DNA from: an uncultured bacterium
GTDB lineage: Bacteria; Actinomycetota; Actinomycetes; S36-B12
Direction: 5' to 3'
DNA: 64,000 nt
Assembly: GCA_963700255.1 (NCBI GenBank)
Contig: CAVOWW010000029.1
Span: 47,721 to 111,720 of the forward strand
Both the position numbers and the translations under genes were made by a program. Below, piece after piece: positions 63,676-64,000 of this stretch. The notes below the pieces were generated by a model that was not told the DNA's origin, did no database searches, and was given only the letters and a program-made list of their open reading frames with translations. Within the stretch, counting starts at the first letter, position 1. Every line of letters begins with the position of its first letter.

Positions 63676-64000
63676 ATGGAGCTGCGGCCGCTGGGCAGAT
63701 CGGGCCTGTGGGTGGGCCGGCTCGGGCTCGGAACCGGCACGTGGACGCGTGGCACGGACGAGTACGAGGCCCGCGACCAGCTGGCGGCGTTCCTCGATGC
63801 CGGCGGCACGCTCATCGACACCGCGGACGTGTACGCCGACGGCGACGCCGAGGCCCTGCTGGGAGAGCTGGTCGAGGAGTTCGAGGTTCGCGACGAGGTC
63901 GTCCTCGCCACCAAGGCGGGGGCCGTGGGAGGCACCGACCGGCGCGTGAACGTCTCCCGCGTCCATCTCATGCGCGCTCTCGAGGCGTCGCTCCGGCGCC
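63676..64000 (+). CDS. aldo/keto reductase, 3' end outside the window
   Basis: My own translation from ATG 63676: MELRPLGRSGLWVGRLGLGTGTW...FLDAGGTLIDTADVYADGDAEALLGEL...VLATKAG. The frame is open to the window end and is not in the ORF track because no stop is reached. Confidence 0.8.
   Translation, partial: MELRPLGRSGLWVGRLGLGTGTWTRGTDEYEARDQLAAFLDAGGTLIDTADVYADGDAEALLGELVEEFEVRDEVVLATKAGAVGGTDRRVNVSRVHLMRALEASLRR

Overview
This is a high-GC actinobacterial chromosomal core segment with about 70 protein-coding genes. I saw no rRNA, tRNA, CRISPR array, transposase or integrase.

- **0-13.4 kb:** gene order matches, from memory, the M. tuberculosis Rv1822-Rv1832 neighbourhood. It holds a CDP-alcohol-type cardiolipin synthase family gene, an 831-aa ManC-like fusion, DUF881-sbp-DUF881, gcvH, a zinc-ribbon FHA protein in the GarA/OdhI slot, an FtsR-like MerR, a DUF151 nuclease, a second MerR, a tandem glycine riboswitch and gcvP.
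- **13.4-22.9 kb:** this stretch looks more variable. It holds a small HAD-like gene, a PLDc_N/SHOCT membrane protein, a decayed epimerase-family gene, feoAB-feoC, a TroA-like binding protein, two hypotheticals, a VOC-like remnant, a pentapeptide-repeat protein, argG and a CAP-domain protein.
- **23-64 kb:** gene order follows the Rv2050-Rv2136c pattern. It holds rbpA, fxsA, ppm1, lnt, a pepE-like M24 peptidase, a 5'-3' exonuclease, helY, tatC/tatA, a complete Pup-proteasome system (pafB, pafC, pafA, prcA, prcB, pup ending GGQ, dop, arc), trmI, metH, a PAC2 protein, pgi, gnd, mshC, a kinase-like/DUF3090/phosphomutase triad, corA, uppP, an LLM oxidoreductase and a partial aldo/keto reductase.

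Several starts were moved relative to the ORF track where conserved N-termini, RBS-like purine runs or ATGA/GTGA stop-start overlaps supported it.

I did not find a convincing new multi-gene system. The observations most worth a second look are:
- gcvP is broken by three single-base frameshifts under an apparently intact glycine riboswitch, and a second gene 1 kb away carries three more indels. This is either assembly error or real decay.
- Two DtxR/IdeR-like boxes bracket convergent feo and TroA-like units.
- An exact LexA-type palindrome lies inside a coding region.
- An AT-rich nested palindrome lies upstream of the TroA-like gene.
- A sigmaR/sigmaH-like promoter lies upstream of rbpA.
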